This document shows, in pieces, positions 19,211 to 29,331 of a stretch of 41,994 bases of DNA. A program made the position numbers and the translations under genes. The notes under the pieces are model-generated. The model saw only the letters and a list, made by a program, of their open reading frames with translations. It ran no database searches and was not told where the DNA came from. Source of the DNA: a virus (lineage: Duplodnaviria > Caudoviricetes). The stretch's first letter is position 1, and each line of letters starts with the position of its first letter. The DNA lies in IMG/VR virus record IMGVR_UViG_3300032104_000038, positions 1 to 41,994 of that record; one strand, given 5' to 3'.

Positions 19211-19786
19211 TTACATAACTGGCAAGAAAGTTCCATTTGTCCTTCTCTTTACAGAAACAACATGATGTCTTGCATGACAGGCATTACAGAGGGTTTCAAG
19301 GTTCTCCATAACATTATTTGTCTTATCCTCGTCTTTATGATGAATATCAGACTGATATGGTTCAGAAACATCCTTATTACATCTTACACATTTGTACGAA
19401 TCTCTCTCCATAACATCTTCACGAAGACCACCAAATCGGTTCTTATTGTTAAGTTTAATCTGATTGATCCTAACCCATTCTCGGCATTTTTCAAGGTTCT
19501 TCATTCTAAATTTCTGACTAGATTTGTTACATCTTTCCTTATTTTTCTTTTGCCATTCACTTACATATTTTTTCGCTTTGGGAGTTTGTTGATAACAGAG
19601 GGAACACAATCCTTTGGAAGCATGTTTCTTCTTAGAAGATTTGCATTTGATGCAGCAACTATTTTTCTTAGACCATTTGATCTCCTGATAGAAAAATTTC
19701 TCAGAACGACTGAATATTTGATAATGACGCCTACAAAAGCCTCTGGCCTTATGTGGAAGATTGCAATGCTGACACTTTCTATTCAT
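19211..19786 (-). CDS. HNH endonuclease, antisense in the lysis cassette
   Basis: H.A.G.C..(H/C)Y Zn repeats; RDSYKCVRC, DIHHKD...NNVMENLETLCNACH; TATACT 6 nt before ATG 19786. Confidence 0.85.
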   Translation of the reverse strand: MNRKCQHCNLPHKARGFCRRHYQIFSRSEKFFYQEIKWSKKNSCCIKCKSSKKKHASKGLCSLCYQQTPKAKKYVSEWQKKNKERCNKSSQKFRMKNLEKCREWVRINQIKLNNKNRFGGLREDVMERDSYKCVRCNKDVSEPYQSDIHHKDEDKTNNVMENLETLCNACHARHHVVSVKRRTNGTFLPVM

Positions 19787-19826
19787 GAAGAAAGTATACA
19801 TTATTTCTCTTTCTCAACCATTGACA

Positions 19827-20333
19827 ATGCTTAAGAATTGGATTGTGATTCATCATAGTGGAATCCTAAGAGATAGTTCTCAATTTGATATTATTAACCA
19901 ATATCACAAGAGGAGAGGATTTCCTCAGAGTAGACTTGGCTACTTTGGAGGGTATCACTACCTTATTGACAATGATGAGGAAATAAAGCGTTATCGTAAT
20001 GATGATGAAATAGGTGCTCATGCCCGTCAGAGGCTTATGAACTTCCGTAGCATAGGGATATGTATATCTGGTGATTTCTCCTCTCAGAAGCCAACAGAAT
20101 GGCAAATTTTAACCCTTCAGAAGCTCGTTAGGAGCCTACAACTCAAACATGGAATTCCTATGAAGAATGTTCTTCTGCACAATCAGCTTAGAGCAACAGC
20201 TTGCCCTGGCATAGATTGGAAACAATATCTAAAATTAAGGGTTCCTGTCGTCCGAGAAACGAAGGGAGCCAAACGAATAAAAGAGAACGTTCTCCGTCGC
20301 CTTAAACGACGTATGAAATATTTTACTTCCTAA
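19827..20333 (+). CDS. Endolysin, N-acetylmuramoyl-L-alanine amidase (Amidase_2)
   Basis: IVIHHS, GYHYLI, IGAH, NFRSIGIC, H...TACPG. Confidence 0.9.
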   Translation: MLKNWIVIHHSGILRDSSQFDIINQYHKRRGFPQSRLGYFGGYHYLIDNDEEIKRYRNDDEIGAHARQRLMNFRSIGICISGDFSSQKPTEWQILTLQKLVRSLQLKHGIPMKNVLLHNQLRATACPGIDWKQYLKLRVPVVRETKGAKRIKENVLRRLKRRMKYFTS

Positions 20334-20352
20334 TTTCTTACCCCTTTTTATT

Positions 20353-20625
20353 ATGAACACATTAGACGTCACTGCCTTTGGATCGCTCGTTTTTGCCCTG
20401 ACGCAAGTTGTGAAAACTGAGTTCAACAGACGAGGAATTGATCTGAAAGAATGGTCAGCAGTGCTTTCCTTTGTCTTTGGTGGTATTGGTGTATATCTCA
20501 TGAATCATCAACCACAAGCCTGGGATGCAATTGCGCCAATACTTCTTATGTTCGCTGCCCCTGGTGGTGTTTCCTTTGTCAAAGAACTTAAGAGAGGCAA
20601 AAGAATCACTACTCCCGAAGGTTGA
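20353..20625 (+). CDS. Holin (putative)
   Basis: 90 aa, 2-3 hydrophobic segments, basic C-terminus, next to the endolysin. Confidence 0.7.
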   Translation: MNTLDVTAFGSLVFALTQVVKTEFNRRGIDLKEWSAVLSFVFGGIGVYLMNHQPQAWDAIAPILLMFAAPGGVSFVKELKRGKRITTPEG

Positions 20626-20651
20626 TTCTATCTTCTTATAAATGTTTCTAA

Positions 20652-23600
20652 ATGAGTCCATTTTATGCCCCCCGCTCCATTCGATCATTGCCACCTACAA
20701 CAGTGGCAAACATCATCACGATTGCGAAAGCTGGGATCATAGGACTAACTGTAGCACTGGGGGTGAACTTCTTCTCTCAGATCACCCCTAGCAGAACTGT
20801 GGTGGCTAACCGTTTGTTAGCCATAGAACATGCAACAGGATCATTTCAAGATGTGGCTGGAGTAATGCAGAGTAGTCACATTTATTCAAAGAGTGGTGGA
20901 CTAATAGCGGGGCCGCTTGAAAACCCCTTCTTTGAATTCTCAGCTACAGGTTCTTTGGGTACTATGAACAGAGTGCGATATACTTGGCCTTCTGCTGATG
21001 GCTCAGCAAATCAAAGGCTTACAACTGATGGTTCAGCAGGTTTATCATGGGCAACTGTGAGTGGAGGAGGAGGAGGAGGAGGAGGAGGAGGAGGAACTTT
21101 AACTGGATCAGGAAATGTAGATACATTTGCTTATTACACTGCTGCTCAAACTCTATCAGGAACCCATATAACCAGAGTGAATGACCAGACTCTTTCAGGA
21201 GGATACCTTCATGCTGATACGAAATTATCCTCTTCGGGAGAATTAGTTGTTGTAGGACAGGCAAATTTCTTTGATGAAATTGAGCAAACATTTTTAGCAG
21301 TAAAGAATCTTGCCCATGCTACCGATTTGGATGTGGATGCTGCTGGTTTTGGTGGAGTAGTGGGATTGAGGATTGACTACGATTCAGGAACACAAGCTAC
21401 ATCTGAATTAAATGCTTTACTGGATTTATCTCTTAACCGTTTTGATACGACAGGTGGTGATACTTCCTTGATAAACTGCTCAGCAACAGAAGGATCGGCA
21501 GATGCGCATTGTATGGTAGTTAATTCAGAGATTGAAGTTATTTTACAACATGTTGGTGCGTTTGGGGATATGGATACTGCTACTGCAACAGGTACTACAA
21601 ATATGCTTGCAGCCTTCATTTCTACTACTACCGATAGGGCAATCTTCCCAAATGATAACGATACAATAGAAATTGCAGACGCTGCACAGTTTGACCAGAT
21701 TCAGTTTGCTCTTGATACAGAAGCTAGTAATCCCGGTATTAAACCAACATTTGAATACTCAACAGGTGTGGCAACATGGGAGACATTTGCACCTATTGAT
21801 GGAACAGAAGGAATGCGAGCCTCTGGACTAATCTCATTCGAGGCAGATACCCTTTCTCCTGCATGGACAACCGGAACAGGATCAGAATTCTACATAAGAA
21901 TCGCCCGTACACAAAATAATTTGAATACAACTCCCATTGAGAATTTAGTACAGATTGTTACTGGCCATGTTGATTTCACGTGGGATCAAACCGGAAATGT
22001 CTATGTCAATGAATTTTCAGGATCAAAATTAAACATCAGTGGTGCAATGTCCGGGTTCAATATTCATGCCCAAGATTCTCTCACTTCCTCTGGCACTCTT
22101 TCTGTGGAAGGAACCACTCGTTTTCAGAGTGCGACTGACGCTACAGATTTCTTCCAGATAAATGACACTGATGGAGGAACAACTATCTTCAATGTGGATA
22201 CGACGAATGAGCGGGTAGGAATCGGGACAGCGAGTCCAGACGCATCTCTTGAAATCGCATTGGATGCAAATACGCCGCCAACTATAGACGCAGATACAGC
22301 AGCAATATTTACACAAGCCAGTGTGACAGGGGATAACGTAAATATATCTCTGGTTGCTGGGGCAACAGGGAATGCTCGTCTACAATTTGGTGATACTGCT
22401 GACGAAAACGCCGGAATAATAGATTACGACCACAATTCAAATAGCATGGCCTTTACAACGAACGCCAGTGAGGTCGTGAGGATAGATTCTTCTGGTGATG
22501 TTGGTATTGGCTCGATTGCTCCTGCTGCGCACCTTCATATAGCAAAAACTGGGGTTCCAACCATTAGGCTATCAGACACGGGTGCTGGAACAGATCAGGC
22601 CGTAGCTACTCTGATGGAATTTTACCGTGGAGAGACTACGAATAGAGTTGGCTTTTTAGGTATGGGTAGTGCTAGTAATGATGTTTTGATTATTGGCACT
22701 GACTATTCTGCCGGAGAAATCAGGTTTTCTACTAGTAGCAACTCAGTTGCTGTGACGATTGATTCTTCACAGAACGTTGGCATCGGTACCACCTCCCCCA
22801 TCTCCGAACTCGAAGTCATTGGTTCCATCTCCGGTGCCAAGCTCTTCATCTCTACCTCCTTCAGTGGTGCAGGACTCACATCCTGCAGCGCAGCGGGAGA
22901 TACCTTGAACTGGAACTCAACAACGGAATTATTTGAATGCGGAACAGATGCAGATAGTGGTGGTGGTGGAGACTTTGGAACAGGAAACACAATAACAATA
23001 GGAGATTCAAGATACGTAAATCTTTCAGGAGATACTATGACAGGAAATCTAGTCTTACAAAGTTCTACTCTCACAGCAACAGGTGGAGTATTCACAGGAA
23101 CATTAAGTGCAAGTGGTGCAGTATTCTTTGAGGATACATTAGACGTAGGAGGAACAGCAGCCCTGCAAGGAGTAACAGTAGCTCTTACTCTTGCCGTAAC
23201 AGGGCGAGCAACATTTGATGATGATGTGGACGTACAAGGAGCACTTTCAGGATGGCATTTATTCTCAGGAACTCAAAGTGGCTCAGGACTTACAGATTGC
23301 AATGGAGCCAATGTAAACAGACAGCAATGGGATTCAACAACAGAAAAATGGTCATGTGATACTGATGCCATTAGCCTCACGGCAGATGTCACAGGGACTC
23401 TTCCTATTGCAAATGGAGGAACAAATCAAACCTCTGCTGCTGTTGCCGGAGCTGTTGTTTATTCAACCAGTTCTGCAATGGCATTTACTTCTGCTGGAAA
23501 CTCTGGCCAAGTTCTCATCTCTCAAGGAACAAGTGCCCCTATATTTAGCTCAGGTGCTCTCCGTACAGGCTTTGGATGGTTTAGTATTGGTCTAACAGAT

Positions 23601-23924
23601 GCAGGTGTTGTAACAGGATCAGGAAGCACAAGTCCTGTACCCCTTCCTTTCCGTTTCCATGTAGAAGATATATTATTAGATATCAATAATGCTCCAGGAG
23701 GGCAGTCTCTGATTGTAGATATCCTAGAAGACGGTACAAGTATTACATCAACTAATGCAGAAATTGACGCACTAGGAAATCAAGACGACAATAATCATGT
23801 AATATCTGATCGTTCATTAGCCGTAGGCGCAAGGATGACTATAGATATTACCCAAGTAGGGACAGATGCTGCGGGGCACGGCACCGGGCTCACCGTCTTA
23901 CTCCGCGGATGGAAATATCCATAA
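20652..23924 (+). CDS. Large tail-fibre-like/adhesin protein with N-terminal TM
   Basis: KAGIIGLTVALGVNFF; three VGIG(T/S)xxP repeats; VTGTLPIANGGT fibre motif; poly-Gly linker. Confidence 0.75.
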   Translation: MSPFYAPRSIRSLPPTTVANIITIAKAGIIGLTVALGVNFFSQITPSRTVVANRLLAIEHATGSFQDVAGVMQSSHIYSKSGGLIAGPLENPFFEFSATGSLGTMNRVRYTWPSADGSANQRLTTDGSAGLSWATVSGGGGGGGGGGGTLTGSGNVDTFAYYTAAQTLSGTHITRVNDQTLSGGYLHADTKLSSSGELVVVGQANFFDEIEQTFLAVKNLAHATDLDVDAAGFGGVVGLRIDYDSGTQATSELNALLDLSLNRFDTTGGDTSLINCSATEGSADAHCMVVNSEIEVILQHVGAFGDMDTATATGTTNMLAAFISTTTDRAIFPNDNDTIEIADAAQFDQIQFALDTEASNPGIKPTFEYSTGVATWETFAPIDGTEGMRASGLISFEADTLSPAWTTGTGSEFYIRIARTQNNLNTTPIENLVQIVTGHVDFTWDQTGNVYVNEFSGSKLNISGAMSGFNIHAQDSLTSSGTLSVEGTTRFQSATDATDFFQINDTDGGTTIFNVDTTNERVGIGTASPDASLEIALDANTPPTIDADTAAIFTQASVTGDNVNISLVAGATGNARLQFGDTADENAGIIDYDHNSNSMAFTTNASEVVRIDSSGDVGIGSIAPAAHLHIAKTGVPTIRLSDTGAGTDQAVATLMEFYRGETTNRVGFLGMGSASNDVLIIGTDYSAGEIRFSTSSNSVAVTIDSSQNVGIGTTSPISELEVIGSISGAKLFISTSFSGAGLTSCSAAGDTLNWNSTTELFECGTDADSGGGGDFGTGNTITIGDSRYVNLSGDTMTGNLVLQSSTLTATGGVFTGTLSASGAVFFEDTLDVGGTAALQGVTVALTLAVTGRATFDDDVDVQGALSGWHLFSGTQSGSGLTDCNGANVNRQQWDSTTEKWSCDTDAISLTADVTGTLPIANGGTNQTSAAVAGAVVYSTSSAMAFTSAGNSGQVLISQGTSAPIFSSGALRTGFGWFSIGLTDAGVVTGSGSTSPVPLPFRFHVEDILLDINNAPGGQSLIVDILEDGTSITSTNAEIDALGNQDDNNHVISDRSLAVGARMTIDITQVGTDAAGHGTGLTVLLRGWKYP
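21063..21095 (+). repeat. (GGA)11 in-frame poly-glycine tract
   Basis: Perfect trinucleotide repeat. Confidence 0.95.
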
Positions 23925-23930
23925 TGATTT

Positions 23931-24371
23931 ATGAAGTTGAATTTCAAACATTGGCAGCGATGGATAATGGGTCTTCTTATAGGAACAGCTTTTGCACAGG
24001 TCGTTCTTCCCGAACAAGCAAACTTCAAACATACCGAAGGTGTACTTATTGTTGCTCAAGGAAAAAAAAGAGAATTCAAAGGATTGGAAATCATTGGTGG
24101 CACACTGACTAACAGAGGAGAAATGACAGTTACAAAAAAGTTCTATTGGGGAAGTGGTGCTATATTTGAAAACAGGGGAACCTTGATCTTGGAAGGAGAT
24201 GTGACAATCCATGTGGATATGAAACCTAAATTCTTTGTTATACCAGCAATCTATGGCCCAAGATATACTTCAACTGGTGTAGTCCTTTTTGGAACTGGGG
24301 AAGTAATAACAGCCACAGGGTCAAGAACCGAATGGTTTACTCCTTCTATTGGTAACCTCATTCTTAAATGA
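23931..24371 (+). CDS. Small protein with signal peptide
   Basis: MKLNFKHWQRWIMGLLIGTAFA-Q (AFA cleavage-like site). Confidence 0.7.
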   Translation: MKLNFKHWQRWIMGLLIGTAFAQVVLPEQANFKHTEGVLIVAQGKKREFKGLEIIGGTLTNRGEMTVTKKFYWGSGAIFENRGTLILEGDVTIHVDMKPKFFVIPAIYGPRYTSTGVVLFGTGEVITATGSRTEWFTPSIGNLILK

Positions 24372-27300
24372 GATTCTTTAAGTTACTTATTATCGGCTCA
24401 ATATCTTCTCTGCTCTTCGCAGCAGCAGCGAACGCTGCTGATGTGACGCAAACTTCCAACTTGACTGTTGATACTCTTGAGATTGGAACAGGGAGTGTAC
24501 ATAAGACTGATGGTTTTGATTTGACAGCAAGAGGTTCATCTACGGGAGGAACTATTATTTATGGTGTTCTCAATGCCAGACAATCATCACCTGCAAGTTC
24601 GTCTTCTGGCCCCCTTAATCCAAGTACAACAAGTACAGATTCAAGCGTAGGAACAGTGGACTGGCTGAATGCGGGTAACATCACCTCCAGTGATGATTCT
24701 TATGCCACTACCGATGGAGGACTCTCAATGGGCGCAACGAGTTACTACCTCACAGCGACTAACTTCGGATTTTCAATACCCACAGGAGCTGTTATTGATG
24801 GGATTATCGTGGAATGGGAGAAGGGGTCTGATGCCAATGACATTGATGATAATGCAATACGAATAATCAAAGGAGATACAATCGGCTCCACAGATAAGTC
24901 TGTAACGACCAACTGGCCTACCACAGATGCCTACACAAGTTACGGAAGCAGCACAGACCTATGGGGAGAAACATGGACGGTATCGGATATAAATGCCAGT
25001 GGATTCGGAGCAGCACTCTCTGCCATTCACCCACAAGATTTTCTGCCCGGTGGTGTTCCTCGTATAGATCACGTAAGGATTACTGTTCATTACAGGGAGA
25101 ATAAATCATCAACAATCTTCACTCAAGTCCACGAATCTTTTGAGACATCAGGAAGTGGTGCTGTGTACATAACGGGAACCGGAGTTCTTCTTTTAACAGG
25201 AACTGGATCAGATGTTGGTGCTCCTTTTGATCTGGTAATTTTATCAGGAGCTGTTGTAGACCTTATTGTAGATAACGGTCTCAAAGGATATTGGAAGTTT
25301 GACGAAGGAGATGGAGAAATAGCTTTTGACAGTAGTAGGTTTGGGAATAATGGGACGTTGCAGGGTGGACAGAGTGAAACTGGTTGGTCAACAGATACAG
25401 GAACAGGTGGTGGAATAAACTTTCATGATCCTTTTTCATTAGAGTTTGATGGAAACGATGATGATGTACAAATAACAGGTTCCACAGGATTGAATATAAC
25501 TTCAGATTTAACAATATCAATGTGGATAAAAGCATCTTCAACAGCACAGCATGTAATGTTGGGATTTTATGATGGGGTAACTCCATTTGAGGGTTATGGT
25601 GTAGGAATAAATATTACAACAACAGGAAAGGCTGCATTTTGGAGCGGCTCGGAACAAGCATGGACAGAACCAACTTCAAATACTTACAATAACGGTAACT
25701 GGCGCCATGTGGGTGTTACATTAGACGGAACAACATTATCTTGGTATCTTGATGGTGTTGCTGATGGATCTTCAACGATAGCAGTCCCAGACAATTATAC
25801 AGGAAACAGAAATATAGGACGTTCTCAGGAGCCATCCCCACTTGTTTTCTTGGGAAATATAGATGATGTTAGAGTCTATGATAGAGCTTTATCATCAGAT
25901 GAAATAAGAACTCTTTCCAATGGTTTCCAATACACAGGATCAGGATATTATCTAGTCGGGAGTAACTTGGAAGTAAACGGAGATGTTGGTATCTATGCAG
26001 GAACGTTAGACATGGGAACATCGAACTCAAAACATCCAGATGAAACTGTTTCAGGAAGTATAATAGAAATTGGTAGATCATTCATCAACCATGCAGGATT
26101 TGTAACAGGGTCAGGTGGCATAGGTTTTGCGCCATCAAACAGTGAAGTGGATACTATCAATGTTCATTCCAATAAGATAAGAGGATCAAGTCACTTCCAG
26201 AGCTTTCAAAAGGTAGGATCAACAGGAACAGGAGAGTTTTATACAGTTCAGAGTCTAGGAATTTCAAATGCAACTCGAACACCTACAAATGTAGTAACAT
26301 TGGTTGTAGATAGATCAGGTGAAGTTGGAACAAAAGATTTCATAGTGATAGGTTCATGGTCTATTGGTAATGAAGACGTGTCTGTGGCTAACTCTTCTGG
26401 AGCACTTATTGTTGATAATGTTGCACAAAATGATGCTGATTTAATAGAGTATGAGGCTGATAATGAAATACGAAACGAAATGGTTATGTCTCAAGTTTCA
26501 CTTACAGCAGCTTCTCACACAATAAAAATAAGTCTTCAAGGAAGTAGCAACACATCAACAGATGAGGCAATCATGCAATCGGCAAGTTTGATAGTTTGGG
26601 AAAAACCACCTTGGTTATCCTATGCAGAAAGTCTTGGAGAGACTGATGATAATGATGCAGACAGTACATTTGAAACATCAAAAGTTACAGTAACTTATGA
26701 TGCTTTCTCAGAAGATGTCCTAATTGTTGGATCTATGGATATAAACTGGGCCGATGCTTCGGCACCTGGGGCTGTTAGATTAGTAGATGAAGGTGGATCA
26801 GAAATCATGCGACATGAACCATTTAGTTGGGATGTTTTAACAGACAATGATAATGAATATCATCCTATTTCCATGATAGCTCTTTTGGAGAATCAAAACG
26901 GGAGAGATTTAACAGCAGGTATTCAAACAAAAGATAATGGTACTGGGGATCATACAAGAATAAAGAATGCCAGACTATTCGCACTTCCCCTCTCTTCATT
27001 CAATGGATCACAAGTTACTAACTCAGATCAAGTTACAACATCTTCCTCGTATGCAGATTTACTTACTCACCCAGCGAAAGCAACTGGTAGTTATATTGTA
27101 TTCTTTGGCTCTCAGTTAGGATCATCCTCAGTTGTCAATTCAGACTTACAAATAAAATCTCCATCATTAGATACCTACGAAATTGATACAACTGGCAGTA
27201 CTACATGTAGAGAATATGATGGTAGTGATAATGGTTCTACCCCCTGTGCTATGGCCAGGACGTGGGGTGGTACTGGGTCTGGAGGTACAGCATGGGAAAT

Positions 27301-28372
27301 GGAATATAAGACTGCAAGTGCTATAAATTATAATGCAGACAGAAACTCCATTGTAGTAATTGATCCGAATGCAGGAAGAAACTCTTTGACTATTGATAAT
27401 ACTTCTAAACAGCAGTTTTCTGGTTCTGTTATTCTTTATGGAGAAACTGATAACAACTCAACAATAAGATCATCTTCTGGTGGATCACAAGTACTATTCA
27501 ATGGAACAGGAACGTATGTCCTAGATTTTCTCAATGTTAATGACAATGATGCTTCCCAAGGAAAGAACTTCAATGAATGTCCCCAGGGTAATTGTGTATT
27601 TACAAATACATCAGGTTGGGACAGTACAATAATAACAAGTGGCACAGACTTCACCCTCATCTTTGAGGATACGTTTACAAGGTCTTCTACAGCTAATCTT
27701 GAAAATCACACACCTGTTTCAACTGGTGATAGCTGGACTGCTGTTGTTGAAAATGGATGCTCTGGAGATTGTCTTAAGATAATATCTTTCAATGATTATG
27801 TGAGATGTGATGAAGCAGGGAGTAGAGATGGAGCAGTATACACAGCAGATGTAACTTATGCTTCTGCTGATTATGTGGTAGAAGCGTTAATGGTTAATGT
27901 AGACACAAACGATGATTATACTTGGATGGCTGCAAGAATACAAGATGCAAGCAATATGTATGCAGTTAGAATTCTTGAAGGAGAAGGAATTTTGTTCAAA
28001 AGGGTAGCAGGGACATGGTCATCTATTGGATCAAATATCATAGATGAAAGGATCGAAAGGGGTGTAACAATTTATATCCGTGTTGTGGGTGACACAATAA
28101 GTTGGGGAATTGGAAGGCTATCCGTCAATACAGGTGAAGAATTGGACTCTGTAACAGATACCTCTCATTCCGATGCAGGAAAGGCTGGCTTTGGTATGGG
28201 AGATGTTGGAGAAAATTCTGATGACGATTGCTCTGGGCAAAAGATAGATAACTTCCGTGTATACACTACAGTAGTGGCAGCAGCGGCAGCAGCGGCTCCG
28301 CCAAGTGGGATTCCTAGCTTCTTTCAGATAATGTGGATTCCAACCTGGATGCGTTTGCTAATCTGGAGCTAG
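24368..28372 (+). CDS. Large secreted-type LamG (ConA-like) multidomain adhesin
   Basis: Signal peptide MRFFKLLIIGSISSLLFAAAANA; LamG motifs GYWKFDEG, SLEFDG, TISMWIK, WRHVGVT, GNIDDVRVYDRALS. Confidence 0.85.
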   Translation: MRFFKLLIIGSISSLLFAAAANAADVTQTSNLTVDTLEIGTGSVHKTDGFDLTARGSSTGGTIIYGVLNARQSSPASSSSGPLNPSTTSTDSSVGTVDWLNAGNITSSDDSYATTDGGLSMGATSYYLTATNFGFSIPTGAVIDGIIVEWEKGSDANDIDDNAIRIIKGDTIGSTDKSVTTNWPTTDAYTSYGSSTDLWGETWTVSDINASGFGAALSAIHPQDFLPGGVPRIDHVRITVHYRENKSSTIFTQVHESFETSGSGAVYITGTGVLLLTGTGSDVGAPFDLVILSGAVVDLIVDNGLKGYWKFDEGDGEIAFDSSRFGNNGTLQGGQSETGWSTDTGTGGGINFHDPFSLEFDGNDDDVQITGSTGLNITSDLTISMWIKASSTAQHVMLGFYDGVTPFEGYGVGINITTTGKAAFWSGSEQAWTEPTSNTYNNGNWRHVGVTLDGTTLSWYLDGVADGSSTIAVPDNYTGNRNIGRSQEPSPLVFLGNIDDVRVYDRALSSDEIRTLSNGFQYTGSGYYLVGSNLEVNGDVGIYAGTLDMGTSNSKHPDETVSGSIIEIGRSFINHAGFVTGSGGIGFAPSNSEVDTINVHSNKIRGSSHFQSFQKVGSTGTGEFYTVQSLGISNATRTPTNVVTLVVDRSGEVGTKDFIVIGSWSIGNEDVSVANSSGALIVDNVAQNDADLIEYEADNEIRNEMVMSQVSLTAASHTIKISLQGSSNTSTDEAIMQSASLIVWEKPPWLSYAESLGETDDNDADSTFETSKVTVTYDAFSEDVLIVGSMDINWADASAPGAVRLVDEGGSEIMRHEPFSWDVLTDNDNEYHPISMIALLENQNGRDLTAGIQTKDNGTGDHTRIKNARLFALPLSSFNGSQVTNSDQVTTSSSYADLLTHPAKATGSYIVFFGSQLGSSSVVNSDLQIKSPSLDTYEIDTTGSTTCREYDGSDNGSTPCAMARTWGGTGSGGTAWEMEYKTASAINYNADRNSIVVIDPNAGRNSLTIDNTSKQQFSGSVILYGETDNNSTIRSSSGGSQVLFNGTGTYVLDFLNVNDNDASQGKNFNECPQGNCVFTNTSGWDSTIITSGTDFTLIFEDTFTRSSTANLENHTPVSTGDSWTAVVENGCSGDCLKIISFNDYVRCDEAGSRDGAVYTADVTYASADYVVEALMVNVDTNDDYTWMAARIQDASNMYAVRILEGEGILFKRVAGTWSSIGSNIIDERIERGVTIYIRVVGDTISWGIGRLSVNTGEELDSVTDTSHSDAGKAGFGMGDVGENSDDDCSGQKIDNFRVYTTVVAAAAAAAPPSGIPSFFQIMWIPTWMRLLIWS

Positions 28373-28842
28373 AAATTCAACCTAGCAAACTCTCCAAAGA
28401 AAATCTGTGCAGCAATGTCATATTGTTCAGCTGCTTCTTGTTCTGATTTGAAATATCCAAGATGATAACTTTTCTTAAAATATCTTATTCCACATTGCCA
28501 TTTCTTGTCTCTTTTATGCCAAGCGACACCTTTATATCTTGATGATGCCCCTTCTTGTTTTCTTCTATTCATACTATTCTGGTTTGGCATACATAAACGA
28601 ATGTTTGATCTTTGATTGTTCAATCCGTTGCTATCACGATGATCTACGACCTGGTTGTTTGGTGATTGTAGAATCTCTCTATGCATAAAAATCATCCGAG
28701 TTTTATTTTTCCGATTTAGCGTTCGACCTGCATACCATAGATTAGAATATTTAACAGCATACCATTTCCATTGATTTAACCATTCATAGTCTTCGTCATC
28801 GACCATTGCGAATTTTCCCTGTGTTAGTGGTATAGTCCTCAT
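28369..28842 (-). CDS. HNH-AP2 homing endonuclease
   Basis: IPLTQGK..VDDEDY, VDHRDSNGLNNQRSNIR, SRYKGV, HLGYF..E.EAA..YD. Confidence 0.9.
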   Translation of the reverse strand: MRTIPLTQGKFAMVDDEDYEWLNQWKWYAVKYSNLWYAGRTLNRKNKTRMIFMHREILQSPNNQVVDHRDSNGLNNQRSNIRLCMPNQNSMNRRKQEGASSRYKGVAWHKRDKKWQCGIRYFKKSYHLGYFKSEQEAAEQYDIAAQIFFGEFARLNF

Positions 28843-29004
28843 GGTTACTGATCGTAACCAGCCTAACTCATTGTGCTGAGAAGCACAAGGGTTAGGTTTG
28901 ATTAAAGAAACCAATAGCAAGTTCCTGCTGTAGGACAAGAACATACTGTAATCATAAGAACTATCAGTAGAATACAGGTCAAGATGAAGAGTCGGGTTAA
29001 ATCT

Positions 29005-29331
29005 TTAACGATAGTAATGAGAGAAAGAATCAAGAAAAATATCATCAATCTTGTCAGGTATGTATTGTACAGCATTTAACCAATGTTTTGTTTGCCTTAG
29101 CAACGCCCCATGTCTTCTGTGTATTATTCCAGAACTATGACAAGAGCGGCAGAGGGGACTCAAGTTGTAAAGACTGGACATTATATCTCTTCCATGCCCC
29201 TTGGGAGGACGCCTTTTCAGAGTGTGGTTTAAGTCTTCTGCCTTCTTGATTCCGCATTGTAGACACATAGGATTTTCTCCCCAACACTGTCGAGCCAATT
29301 CCCTATCGAATGATGCAGGATCGTTTTTCAT
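29005..29331 (-). CDS. Small HNH-type nuclease
   Basis: CLQC, DLNH, NLSPLCRSCH. Confidence 0.7.
   Translation of the reverse strand: MKNDPASFDRELARQCWGENPMCLQCGIKKAEDLNHTLKRRPPKGHGRDIMSSLYNLSPLCRSCHSSGIIHRRHGALLRQTKHWLNAVQYIPDKIDDIFLDSFSHYYR

Noticed and set aside
19199-19827. Group I intron around the HNH in the lysis cassette
   Set aside because: Flanking genes appear complete, the HNH fills nearly the whole gap, and no intron core is visible
19196-19834. 212-aa hydrophobic + strand ORF
   Set aside because: Shadow of the antisense HNH gene; hydrophobicity comes from reverse-complemented Lys/Arg/Glu codons. Its ATGA overlap was noted but is insufficient
20652-28372. Diversity-generating retroelement or shufflon acting on the fibre genes
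   Set aside because: No reverse transcriptase or invertase, and no TR/VR-like repeat pair seen by eye
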